A stretch of DNA of 64,000 bases, taken from a virus (lineage: Duplodnaviria > Heunggongvirae > Uroviricota > Caudoviricetes). Within the stretch, counting starts at the first letter, position 1. Each line of letters opens with the position of its first letter. The position numbers and the translations under genes were made by a program. Under the pieces are notes generated by a model that was not told the origin of the DNA, ran no database searches, and worked only from the letters and a program-made list of their open reading frames with translations. Location: the IMG/VR virus record IMGVR_UViG_3300029953_000013; one strand, written 5' to 3'. This document shows positions 9,396-17,977 of the stretch, one piece after another.

Positions 9396-9802
9396 GAATT
9401 GCTGCTCCACTTGATTTCGCGGCAGTCCTGGACTTCCTTCATGCTCCAGAGATCAGCGGCTTTGATCTTGCCTTCCACGTAATCCCGGAACCAGCCGGTG
9501 TGGCAGTTGAACCCCGCAGGACCGAAGTTACGCGAACCGTCCTTGTTCATGAGAACCCAGGTGAAGTCGGTTTTGTTGTAGTTGTCGGGGAACACCAGCA
9601 AGTCCTTGGTTGCCGCTTCGCCTTCACACCCATGACCTTGGGGCGGATAGGCAATGCCGGTGTCGATTACCTCATCCCGCAGAGCATGAGCCAGGATGAG
9701 AAACAGCAGCTTGTGATGGTCTTCATCCCGACCCACGGAATGCAGCTTTACCGCAAGGTTGTTCAAGCGCTCTTGCGCTTCCTTGTGAATGATAAGTGCC
9801 AT
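9392..9802 (-). CDS. hypothetical protein
   Basis: RBS GGGAAGGAGAACTAGCATG. Confidence 0.55.
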   Translation of the reverse strand: MALIIHKEAQERLNNLAVKLHSVGRDEDHHKLLFLILAHALRDEVIDTGIAYPPQGHGCEGEAATKDLLVFPDNYNKTDFTWVLMNKDGSRNFGPAGFNCHTGWFRDYVEGKIKAADLWSMKEVQDCREIKWSSNS

Positions 9803-9803
9803 G

Positions 9804-10031
9804 CTAGTTCTCCTTCCCTAACCGTTCGTCAATGGCTTGCCGCGCACCCCTCGGTCCCGCCATCTGAGTGACGCAGACGCCATCCTTGACAACATCCCAC
9901 ACACTGCCTGAGATGCGTTCATAGATGAGATAGCCGCGATACTCAACCGGCTTAACTTCGGTCGAATACATCACTGGTCCATACTCCGGTTTGCCGGGTT
10001 TGTGCCAGGGATTCTTATACTCACTGGACAT
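9804..10031 (-). CDS. hypothetical protein
   Basis: RBS GAGGCTTTTATG. Confidence 0.5.
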   Translation of the reverse strand: MSSEYKNPWHKPGKPEYGPVMYSTEVKPVEYRGYLIYERISGSVWDVVKDGVCVTQMAGPRGARQAIDERLGKEN

Positions 10032-10046
10032 AAAAGCCTCACGGAA

Positions 10047-10400
10047 TTACTTCTTAGGTGGAGGAATGATTCGTTCTACCAATCGGTCGATGTTGTTGAA
10101 GCCTACCAAGGCTCTTGTTTCCTTGGATAGCGCGGATTGTTTGCGGCACTCCAGATGAATCAACCGCAGGACTTCCAACGCTTCAATTCCCGCCCCATCA
10201 CTAGAATCAGCAACGGGTGCGGGAATTGCTTTAAGCTGGGTTTCCAACGCTTTGATACGCAAGACTAGCGGGTTCTTATCGCATGTTGCTTCATGCTCGT
10301 TTGCGGCTTTCCATGCCAACCTTCGCTGTTCGCAATCATCGGCAGGAAACTCAATCGTGAAATCACAATGAGAGCAAATGAACTTCCGTTTCTCTTGCAT
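10047..10400 (-). CDS. hypothetical Cys-containing protein
   Basis: start refined to MQEKRKFICSHC with RBS AAGGAGTCAACATG. Confidence 0.5.
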   Translation of the reverse strand: MQEKRKFICSHCDFTIEFPADDCEQRRLAWKAANEHEATCDKNPLVLRIKALETQLKAIPAPVADSSDGAGIEALEVLRLIHLECRKQSALSKETRALVGFNNIDRLVERIIPPPKK

Positions 10401-10532
10401 GTTGACTCCTTTGGGGCGGCTCAAGCATACCGCATATCCCATGGAATGTCTTGGTTGAGTTCCCGTTCCATCCGGTTGAAGGCGTCTTCCTCACGGTCAA
10501 CCTGGACTGGAACGGATTCAGGAACGGGAGTG

Positions 10533-10545
10533 TGTGATTGCCACA
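10533..10545. promoter_or_regulatory. variant palindrome TGTGATTGCCACA
   Basis: two centre mismatches relative to TGTGATCGTCACA; intergenic; flanked by the GAGTGTG/CACACTC arms. Confidence 0.3.
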
Positions 10546-10550
10546 CTCCA

Positions 10551-11099
10551 CTAGCTCTTGCCCCAAGCGCGGTTCATCAGCGCCAAGGCTCGGGTGTAGG
10601 ACAGTTCACCGGACTTCACAGCCGCCACACAGGCGTTGTTGAACTTGTCGGCAGGGCTGGTGGTGTGCGCCTCACCGAATTCCCTGGTGCGAATGAGGCT
10701 CCAGGGCTTGCGCCAGGAAGACGCCCCGCTGCTGGCACTGGTCTTGGTTTCCTTGAAGCAGCCCCCGCCGAAGACCTGATCGACGTTCGCCGGGGTGCCG
10801 TAGACCACCAGCATTCCTTCGGACAGGGAAAGCGTCTTCAGCAGTTCCTTGTCACCGCCCAGCCTGATCTTGCAGTCTTCCCACAGGTTGGTCATGTCCT
10901 TGGTGATGTCACCGTGCTTGGCACGAATGGCTTCACCCGCCTTCCTCGCCATCTGAAGCCGCATGGTGAGCTTTTCGTACTCGCCTTCCGGCAGCGGCAC
11001 GAGGTTGTCCAGCTTGAGTTCGCGCTTCGGTTTGCGCTCCCTCGGTGCGGGTTTGTAAGCCGCCGCTCTGTTCGCTGCGATGGACTTTGCTTCGGGCAT
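10551..11099 (-). CDS. hypothetical protein
   Basis: 182 aa ORF in the minus-strand gene train. Confidence 0.55.
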   Translation of the reverse strand: MPEAKSIAANRAAAYKPAPRERKPKRELKLDNLVPLPEGEYEKLTMRLQMARKAGEAIRAKHGDITKDMTNLWEDCKIRLGGDKELLKTLSLSEGMLVVYGTPANVDQVFGGGCFKETKTSASSGASSWRKPWSLIRTREFGEAHTTSPADKFNNACVAAVKSGELSYTRALALMNRAWGKS

Positions 11100-11231
11100 A
11101 TTATCCTCTTGTCGGCATAGCCGATTATGCTCTGTTAAAGGGCAGAGCGGAACCCCTGGATGAAAAGAAATCCTTATAGCCGGTCGTGTGATTTCTCACA
11201 AGATCGGCTATCTGGATTACTTCGCCCCTTT

Positions 11232-11807
11232 CTAGGCTACGTTGGAAAGCTTCTTGGCAGTCTTCAGACGGGCAATCGCCTTGTTGTGCATGGCGAAGGA
11301 ACCTTCCAGGGCTTCCAGGTCGTATTTCGCCTTGCGACTCTTGAGCGAACCGGCTTCCACCAGCTTGCGCAGGTTGTCCATCTTCTTCTTGTGTTCATCG
11401 CTGGGAGCCTCGTAGTCGGCAGCGAACCGGCGACTCACCCAGCCGTATTTGTTGAAGATCCCGGACAGGATGGCGATCTCCTTTTCGGGATCGGCGTCGA
11501 TGAAGACCGCCATGCTCTTCGTGCCGGGGAAATACTCCATGATCAGGCACGAATCGCTCAGTTCCGTCAGGAACGTCTTGAGGTAGAAGTGACCGTCCGC
11601 TTCCAGGTCCATCGGCTGCATGTTCCCGTTCTCCTTGACAATGCGATCCAGCGGCTCTTTCAGCTTCGCCAGGGTCACACCTTCGCGGGGATCGGTGATC
11701 GCCTTGGCGGCATTGATCAGCTTCCCGCTCAAGGACTTGAAAACGTCCACAGCCACGGTGAGCTTCGCGGCTTCGATCACGGTGAGGTTGTTGATGGTGT
11801 AGCGCAT
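11232..11807 (-). CDS. hypothetical protein
   Basis: start refined to MRYTINN. Confidence 0.45.
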   Translation of the reverse strand: MRYTINNLTVIEAAKLTVAVDVFKSLSGKLINAAKAITDPREGVTLAKLKEPLDRIVKENGNMQPMDLEADGHFYLKTFLTELSDSCLIMEYFPGTKSMAVFIDADPEKEIAILSGIFNKYGWVSRRFAADYEAPSDEHKKKMDNLRKLVEAGSLKSRKAKYDLEALEGSFAMHNKAIARLKTAKKLSNVA

Positions 11808-11871
11808 GGGGCACCTATTGAATATGGCGGTAGTCATACCGCAGTGTGTTTTTGTTCCTACCAACGATGGA

Positions 11872-12081
11872 TTACAAACCGCAACGCGCCCCATCAAAGG
11901 AACGCACATTGCGCCGATTGTTGCGCCGACTCCCACCACGCACCGGAACTTCGATCTCCATCAACAGCCCGGCGTATGCGTCAAGCTCTGAGATATCCAG
12001 AGCAACCAGCCCTTCGGAAACCTCATCCGCAGGAGTGCGGTCAAGGAGAGTGCATTTGGTGATTCGTGATTGCATGGTCAT
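11872..12081 (-). CDS. hypothetical protein
   Basis: RBS GAGGGGGAAATATCATG. Confidence 0.45.
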   Translation of the reverse strand: MTMQSRITKCTLLDRTPADEVSEGLVALDISELDAYAGLLMEIEVPVRGGSRRNNRRNVRSFDGARCGL

Positions 12082-12093
12082 GATATTTCCCCC

Positions 12094-12288
12094 TCAACCG
12101 CAGCAGCCGACAGCGCAGCAGGTAACATCCGCATGATAGATGGCATCGTATTCGGTCTGGACTTCCGCCCACGGCGCACCTTGGCGCACCAGAGCATCCG
12201 CAACGCCCTTGGCGGCAACGTGCCCCGCGCTGGTGTCCTGGAACTTGCGGGGGAAGACTCCCACAGCAGAAATGATGGACAGCATCAC
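12094..12288 (-). CDS. small Cys-rich protein
   Basis: RBS AAGGAGATCAAGTGATG. Confidence 0.45.
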   Translation of the reverse strand: MMLSIISAVGVFPRKFQDTSAGHVAAKGVADALVRQGAPWAEVQTEYDAIYHADVTCCAVGCCG

Positions 12289-12581
12289 TTGATCTCCTTG
12301 AACTTGAAGCGGATGGAAACGTAGACGTAAACCTCTTCGTTGTCCCTGGTGCTAGTGCGCAGCTTGGCGTTGATGCCCCTCGGGCGCTTCGGAAGGATCG
12401 AAACGTCATAGATGGAGGACAGTAACTCAACCGCATCATCATACGCCAGCTTGGCATCGGAACTGGCACCAGTGGTGCAATCCTGCCATTCGGTGAAGCT
12501 AACGCCGCACCCCTGGAAATACTGGCTGTGATGCTTGCCGTGGTTGATGATCTCGAATTCAGTCACCTTCTTTTTGGGCAT
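12285..12581 (-). CDS. hypothetical protein
   Basis: RBS GGAGGCTTTATGCCC (Met-Pro start). Confidence 0.5.
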   Translation of the reverse strand: MPKKKVTEFEIINHGKHHSQYFQGCGVSFTEWQDCTTGASSDAKLAYDDAVELLSSIYDVSILPKRPRGINAKLRTSTRDNEEVYVYVSIRFKFKEIK

Positions 12582-12591
12582 AAAGCCTCCG

Positions 12592-12786
12592 TTATGCTGA
12601 AAGTTTCTCAGTGTGAGTAGACACAACCTGCAAACGCCGCAGGGTCATTTTCCGGGGCAAATCCAGCACCCACAGAACACAGCACGCCAGCAGGTAAAGC
12701 GCCCCAATGCAGAGTGTCGGTATGGAACCGTAGAAACATCCCGCAAGGATAAGCATGATGGAAACACAGCACGCCACGCATTTCAT
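12592..12786 (-). CDS. small membrane protein
   Basis: two predicted TM segments; RBS AAGGAGTAACCATG. Confidence 0.45.
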   Translation of the reverse strand: MKCVACCVSIMLILAGCFYGSIPTLCIGALYLLACCVLWVLDLPRKMTLRRLQVVSTHTEKLSA

Positions 12787-12788
12787 GG

Positions 12789-12995
12789 TTACTCCTTAAC
12801 CTTGACAGCGCCGGGATGCGGCTGGTTGTGAAGCTGGCGAACCCAAAACAGCATCGACTCCATATACCAATCCTTTTCAGGAAGACCGATGGATGCCACG
12901 AAGCTTGCCTTGTAGCCTTCCTCATGCTTCGCAAAGTAAGCATCGCGCCGGATGTTGAGCATGTAATCACGGTAAAGCGCCCACAGAAAGTCCAT
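12789..12995 (-). CDS. hypothetical protein
   Basis: RBS TAGGAGCCAGCATG immediately after the upstream stop. Confidence 0.45.
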   Translation of the reverse strand: MDFLWALYRDYMLNIRRDAYFAKHEEGYKASFVASIGLPEKDWYMESMLFWVRQLHNQPHPGAVKVKE

Positions 12996-13007
12996 GCTGG
13001 CTCCTAG

Positions 13008-13259
13008 CTAGGTGTAGTTGAGTTGAAGCAGCGGCATACCCATGGCATCCCGCAACCGATTCCTGACTTCCACGGATTCCGGCTTACTCATGTTCTTGGG
13101 GCGATGCAGAACATAGTCCCAATCCTTCGTCTTGCCCTGAATGGCACGCTGGCGATCAGCAACAGACCGCTAGCCGATATAGATTTCCATCTCATCTTCC
13201 AGGATGTGAGTCACCCCGAAGATCACAACCGGTGCGGGACGTTCAATCCCTTTTGGCAT
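13008..13259 (-). pseudogene. 83-codon gene with an in-frame TAG at codon 30 (pseudogene, sequencing error or amber read-through)
   Basis: canonical GGAGGCTTTATGCCA start; MPKGIERPAPVVIFGVTHILEDEMEIYIG-TAG-RSVADRQRAIQGK...LQLNYT; the frame stays open exactly to the next gene's RBS. Confidence 0.35.
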
Positions 13260-13402
13260 AAAGCCTCCTTGTGCTGAATTCAACACTGGTGATCTACCAC
13301 CAGCGCTCAATTCGGAACAAAGGTTGGGAGCCTAAATAAGCGCTCCCATGATACACGTTGCCTGGACGCACTATACTGCCTACACGGTGCTTGTGCATTA
13401 TC

Positions 13403-13432
13403 GCGGAGTTATCCAGCCTCCCGCTCTTTTTT
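13403..13432 (+). terminator. rho-independent terminator-like hairpin with a T-tract (plus strand)
   Basis: GCGGAGttatccagcCTCCCGC followed by TCTTTTTTCG. Confidence 0.4.
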
Positions 13433-13520
13433 CGTCAGTGGTTTGCGCCCACTGTTGCCAGATACAAGTGTTCGACCGCTGGCACACGGTCTGGATGGTA
13501 GCTACCAAAGCGCCGCGATA

Positions 13521-13537
13521 TGTGACGATCACACACA
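13521..13537. promoter_or_regulatory. palindromic operator-like site TGTGACGATCACACACA
   Basis: intergenic; same core as the copies at 1298, 14245 and 17965. Confidence 0.45.
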
Positions 13538-13562
13538 GCGGCTCTTTAGCGTAGCTATCAGG

Positions 13563-13802
13563 CTAGAAGTCACCCACCACGATCTCAGCGCGGGTTTCAC
13601 GCTGCATCTTCATGTGGTCGATGTTGGCAACGGTGATATGCCACTTATCCTTCACGTTCTGGCGAATCTCCTTCATCTTCCGGTCGATGCGCCGTTGACG
13701 TTCCTTGGGGTTGTGAATCGGGGCGCACAGGGTTGCGAGATCGACCGGCGACAGCATCGGTGAAGACCAGTTGGCAAAGAAGTTGGAAAGCGGGTTGGAC
13801 AT
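13563..13802 (-). CDS. hypothetical protein
   Basis: start refined to MSNPLSNFF. Confidence 0.45.
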   Translation of the reverse strand: MSNPLSNFFANWSSPMLSPVDLATLCAPIHNPKERQRRIDRKMKEIRQNVKDKWHITVANIDHMKMQRETRAEIVVGDF

Positions 13803-13839
13803 GAAAAACCTCATGATAATGCCCAAAGGGCAGGGTTAA

Positions 13840-14118
13840 CTAATCGACCAGCAAACGATCAACATCTTCAGCGGTGAGCGTGTCAAACAAGCCCCAACGA
13901 TCCATGGTTGCCAATGCAGCGGCAGCACGATCAATCAGCGCCTTGTGGTTATGCTCGACAAGCGCCAACGCTTCAGCTTTCCGAAGCATTGCAGCTACTT
14001 CAGCTTCACGCCGGTAATAGAGCATGATCGGTGTGGGAAGCAGGGCAGGGGCAGGATTCAGAACAAGCGGCGGCAGCACCACTTTTTCCCGCGCCGGGAG
14101 TGAAGGCAAGGTGAACAT
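13840..14118 (-). CDS. hypothetical protein
   Basis: TGAGATG stop/start overlap with the upstream peptide gene. Confidence 0.45.
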   Translation of the reverse strand: MFTLPSLPAREKVVLPPLVLNPAPALLPTPIMLYYRREAEVAAMLRKAEALALVEHNHKALIDRAAAALATMDRWGLFDTLTAEDVDRLLVD

Positions 14119-14119
14119 C

Positions 14120-14209
14120 TCAGAACCCTTCCACCAGCACCAGCCTGACCACACGAAGGGCAGACAGCCCCATAACCAGATACAGGAAACCATTCAGCCA
14201 CGGATTCAT
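14120..14209 (-). CDS. 29-aa hydrophobic peptide
   Basis: RBS AAAGGAGAGTGCCATG; MNPWLNGFLYLVMGLSALRVVRLVLVEGF. Confidence 0.35.
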   Translation of the reverse strand: MNPWLNGFLYLVMGLSALRVVRLVLVEGF

Positions 14210-14244
14210 GGCACTCTCCTTTTGATGGCATAAAGCCATGTTGA

Positions 14245-14257
14245 TGTGACGATCACA
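14245..14257. promoter_or_regulatory. palindromic operator-like site TGTGACGATCACA
   Basis: about 35 nt upstream of the 14209 start, at the edge of the 1 kb gene-free region. Confidence 0.45.
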
Positions 14258-15133
14258 GACTGCGCTTAGGTAAACCATGGGCAGAAATACAGCGGCATGG
14301 TTTACCAAAGGACAATCAAACGCCCCAGGGATTTACAGCCCCAGGGCGTTCAATCGCAAATGATACTTCGTAAATAGCCCATAGGGTTTATCGGTGATCC
14401 TTACACCCCATATTTTGGAAGGCATCTTGCATAGTGACGGAGTGCTAGTCCATCAGGAAATGACCACGCACCACATGAGAATCCCTTTCATGATCCCAAG
14501 GCATACGCTCACTTCACCTTCTATGCTTTTCCGTTCCATGGTCCCTAAGTTAAATCCGGCTCTCCCGGCTTCGATCCAGGTCCAGTTAGGTGGTATTGCG
14601 ACTATAGCTCACGCCATATCGTTTTTTGGCAAGGCAACGTATCTTACTAAGCCCATCATTTACCGCGACCACCAGCACATAAAGCTTCACCTACCGCCGA
14701 ATGGACGCGCCAACCTACCAGACCATGAACGTGAGATGACATCCCACTAAATCCATGGTGCTACCGCTAGGCGTCACGCAGCACATGAAAAATCGTGCCC
14801 CATGATGGCAGTCTCCAACAAACCAGACTACCGCATTAGATAAACCTAACGGTATGCATTGAGAACTCCCAAGCTATAGACGCATAGCGGATATGTAACC
14901 ATGAGGCTAACGTGGACCACCAGCACCCAAGGAATGAACCCGGATGAAGGTAAAGCACGCCCCAGCGTATGCTAGGCATACCATATGCGGATATTAACTA
15001 AGTGATCGTTTCCCGGCATCCCATGAGATAGCCGAACATATGACCCCGACTTAGCAGGTAAGGCAAAGCCCCAGCACCATATGGCGCAACATACGCTAAA
15101 CAAGGAAACCTTTTGTTACCCTTGGTTCCTTGA

Positions 15134-15170
15134 TTAACTAGCAAATCCTTATTTGCATCATGCTAGTTAA
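15134..15170. repeat. perfect 10-bp inverted repeat TTAACTAGCA...TGCTAGTTAA
   Basis: read directly from the sequence, downstream of the 15229-15888 gene. Confidence 0.5.
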
Positions 15171-15175
15171 TGAAG

Positions 15176-15219
15176 GAACCCGGAACCCTGACAAGGTTAA
15201 GTATCAGGGTTCCGGGTTC
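15176..15219. repeat. perfect 16-bp inverted repeat GAACCCGGAACCCTGA...TCAGGGTTCCGGGTTC
   Basis: arms separated by 12 nt; contains the CCGGAACC iteron; no U-tract on either side. Confidence 0.55.
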
Positions 15220-15228
15220 AAGCTATCG

Positions 15229-15888
15229 TTACTTTCCGGTTTTCTTGACGCCCGCTAGGGTGTAATTCAGCTTGTAACCAAGCTTTTTCAAGGTTTCCTT
15301 GGCTTTTTCAACCTCGCCTAAGAGATTGTTATAAGCAAGGGTAACGTCCACGGGCAATTGAAGCTTTTCAGCCACGATTCCAGCCGCTTCCTTCTTGCTT
15401 TCATCCTTGCGCCATTCGGAAACGTAAGCTTGTGCCGTGCGCTTGGAAACCTTGTTTTCTTCTCTGTCAAGGAACGCCACAAGCTTGTTACCTGCAATGG
15501 CGCTTTCTTTCATGGCTTCAATACCTTTGGTTTCCGTGGCTTCAATGATGATACTGGAAACCTTGACGCCATACCTTGCGATAATGGCGGAAAGATTACC
15601 CGTCATGTTAATTCCCTGCCCTTTGCAGGAATCAAGGAACCCATAAACGGTAGGCTTCAAAGCGGAAACCTTATCATTGAAAGCTTTTGAGGCTAGTTCA
15701 ATGGCTTGGAAACCCTCATTGATGACGTTGAAACCCTGGAAAGCTTTGAAACCCGGAACCGTGGGAACCGTAGGAAGCATTGCCGGAACCGGGTTAATTT
15801 CAACCTTGTTTTCAGCCGCTTTTCCCTTGGTTTCCTTGACTTCCTTGGAACCGGAAAGGGTAACGATAGCGTTATTAGAGTTAGGCAT
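15229..15888 (-). CDS. lysine-rich hypothetical protein flanked by GGAACC iterons
   Basis: RBS GGGGGGCTTTATGCCT; 219 aa. Confidence 0.5.
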   Translation of the reverse strand: MPNSNNAIVTLSGSKEVKETKGKAAENKVEINPVPAMLPTVPTVPGFKAFQGFNVINEGFQAIELASKAFNDKVSALKPTVYGFLDSCKGQGINMTGNLSAIIARYGVKVSSIIIEATETKGIEAMKESAIAGNKLVAFLDREENKVSKRTAQAYVSEWRKDESKKEAAGIVAEKLQLPVDVTLAYNNLLGEVEKAKETLKKLGYKLNYTLAGVKKTGK

Positions 15889-16646
15889 AAAGCCCCCCAT
15901 TGGGAAAGAGTGAATTGAGAATGGTTCTCAAGAGAACCGGTTTAGGTTAACCTCGATCAACCTTGATTAGAGAATAGCCTATCCTTGGAACCCGTCAAGC
16001 GGAAATGTGAAAGAAATTTAGATTCTTTGAAACCCTGACAATTGCCAAGATTCAGGAACCGAAACCCGGAACCGTGGAAAGAGAAAATAGAACCGTGCAC
16101 GCATAGCATGGAACATGCCAGAATCGTTAATATGAACGAATGAGAATGTATCTCTTGAACATGTAGAAAACCGGCATCTTTTGACGTAATTCGAGAAAAC
16201 CGGAAATAGTCCAGGTTAAGCGAAAGGGTTCCTTGTCATGGTTCCGTATCATCGGAACCGTTCAACCTTTCCTAGACCCTGCTAGACCCCATAGAATCGA
16301 TTTGATTTAGTTGAGATTCGTTGAGACTGTGCCGGTTTAATACAAATTACCTTGGTTTTTATACAATTTCCCTTGAAAAAGCTTACATTTGACGAAAAAA
16401 GATGAAATGTAGCGAAATTGCGATAATCACAATTGACAAGACAAAAAATGTATTGTCGGAAATGAAGCATAATAAACTTATAAAAGAAAAAGCATTGTTA
16501 AACTAAAAAGCATTGGTTACAATGCGAGTAAATGAGATGAAGTCTCAAGATTGAGATTGGAGAAAAAGAAATGTTGACAGGAAGGAAATAGTATTGTAGC
16601 GGCTGGGAATGAGAGTGTGTCGCAAAAAGAGGGTAGGATAGCAGAA

Positions 16647-16865
16647 ATGACCATGCACCTGTCAATAGGCAAGATATGCCTAGCCGTTCATTTCATCGGA
16701 AGTGAACTAACCAGGGCAGGGGTTTTCCTGAGACTCATTCTCAAACCCAGGACCATAGGGGTGGTCCAAATCCTCACGGTATCCCAAAATCCCATTCCAC
16801 CTACCTTCCACGAATTTTTTGAGCAACTTTTTATCCGTAGAATCGACTTTGCACTTCCTCGATAG
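16647..16865 (+). CDS. possible small hydrophobic protein on the plus strand
   Basis: ATG preceded by GAGGGTAGG; followed by the bidirectional terminator at 16899. Confidence 0.25.
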   Translation: MTMHLSIGKICLAVHFIGSELTRAGVFLRLILKPRTIGVVQILTVSQNPIPPTFHEFFEQLFIRRIDFALPR

Positions 16866-16898
16866 GCACCTACCCCTTAGCGCGTGAATCCTATACAG

Positions 16899-16921
16899 AA
16901 AAAGCCCACAACGGGCTTTTG
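16899..16921. terminator. bidirectional rho-independent terminator
   Basis: AAAAAGCCCacaacGGGCTTTTT. Confidence 0.55.
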
Positions 16922-17101
16922 TATTATTTCCATGTACTGACTATGTTCCAAGGGATCTCACTGTATTGCTTATAGCGCCAGTACACCCGTCTGTACTCCC
17001 GCATAGGGCAGGATGTATTCCCGCACCCCTTAGCAGATACAAGAACGCCCCCAGTTAAGAGGGCGGGTGGGGGAAGTGTATTGGGTCATGGACCCATACA
17101 G

Positions 17102-17899
17102 TTAAGAAATCACTCCTGTTCTCCGGGGGCTATGAGAGAACAGCTTGGACCCAGGACGGGCTTTCTTGCGCTTCTTCGGGGCGCAGGACGGGCAGTGGTC
17201 GCTTTGGGCGGTAATCAGACCGGTGGACTTGATCCAGTGCTTCTCATCCCCACAGACGCAGGTTACGATCCACATCTTACCGGCACCAGAGCCTTGCTTT
17301 GCTTCCCTAGCCTTTGCAGCCCTGATGATGATCCAGTGCCCTATACGCTTGCCTGAGAGGTCTTTAGCGGCTTCCTGCTGGCGCTTGAGCTTCATCTTTG
17401 CAGCCTTGATCTGATCTCTTAGCGTCTGCTTCTTCTCTTTCTCTCGTTTGGCTATCATGATGGCATCTTCTTTACCACAACCACAGTCTGTCTCGCCGCC
17501 TCGGTGCATCTCCCTTGACTGAAGGGTCCGTAGGGTAGTGGTTGACTCTTTCTCGCAACGCTCACAGAAGACCTTGACCTTTTGTGTGCCGAAGCTCCAT
17601 ACAAGCTCTTGTTGGATTACCACGGCTCCAAATCGTTTACCTACCAGGGAAGGCTTCTCATCGGGTAAGGGCGGTTTGACTATTATAAGATCCCTTGGGT
17701 CGATAAGCTTCAATGTTGGATCACAAACAGGACATGCCGTGATGGATTCATTATTCGCTTGCCGCCTTGATAAATTCATTGTGTTGCCACACGAACAAAC
17801 AGCCGCATACTTGCCGGTGATAGGTGACATACCTGCAATGCTTAATCGCCCCCTTATCAGGGGAAAGGTATTCACCGGGGCGGGGGTTTGCGTAGTCAT
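17102..17899 (-). CDS. Cys-rich protein with multiple CxxC zinc fingers
   Basis: at least 6 CxxC pairs; 265 aa. Confidence 0.5.
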   Translation of the reverse strand: MTTQTPAPVNTFPLIRGRLSIAGMSPITGKYAAVCSCGNTMNLSRRQANNESITACPVCDPTLKLIDPRDLIIVKPPLPDEKPSLVGKRFGAVVIQQELVWSFGTQKVKVFCERCEKESTTTLRTLQSREMHRGGETDCGCGKEDAIMIAKREKEKKQTLRDQIKAAKMKLKRQQEAAKDLSGKRIGHWIIIRAAKAREAKQGSGAGKMWIVTCVCGDEKHWIKSTGLITAQSDHCPSCAPKKRKKARPGSKLFSHSPRRTGVIS

Positions 17900-17964
17900 G
17901 CCTTAGCATATACACAAATAGCCCCCACTGTCAAGTAGGAGCTATCTGTTTATTCTGGTTGTTA

Positions 17965-17977
17965 TGTGATCGTCACA
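17965..17977. promoter_or_regulatory. palindromic operator-like site TGTGATCGTCACA
   Basis: about 65 nt upstream of the 17899 start. Confidence 0.45.

Larger units (their letters stand above)
14260..15228. other. ~1 kb gene-free region, candidate non-coding RNA or regulatory region
   Basis: only one 118-aa plus-strand ORF (14394-14750) is open here; the flanks are densely coding; internal short repeats (CCAGCAC x3, CCCCAGGG x2, several CATATG). Confidence 0.3.
15900..17100. promoter_or_regulatory. large intergenic region with GGAACC(G) iterons (15.9-16.3 kb) and an AT-rich tract (16.3-16.6 kb)
   Basis: 6-8 copies of CCGGAACC/GGAACCG; AT-rich run with TTGACA hexamers; no convincing long ORF. 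Confidence 0.4.

Noticed and set aside
16300-16620. sigma70-type promoters in the AT-rich tract (several TTGACA hexamers)
   Set aside because: I found no TATAAT-like hexamer at 16-18 nt spacing from any TTGACA, so specific promoters were not called.
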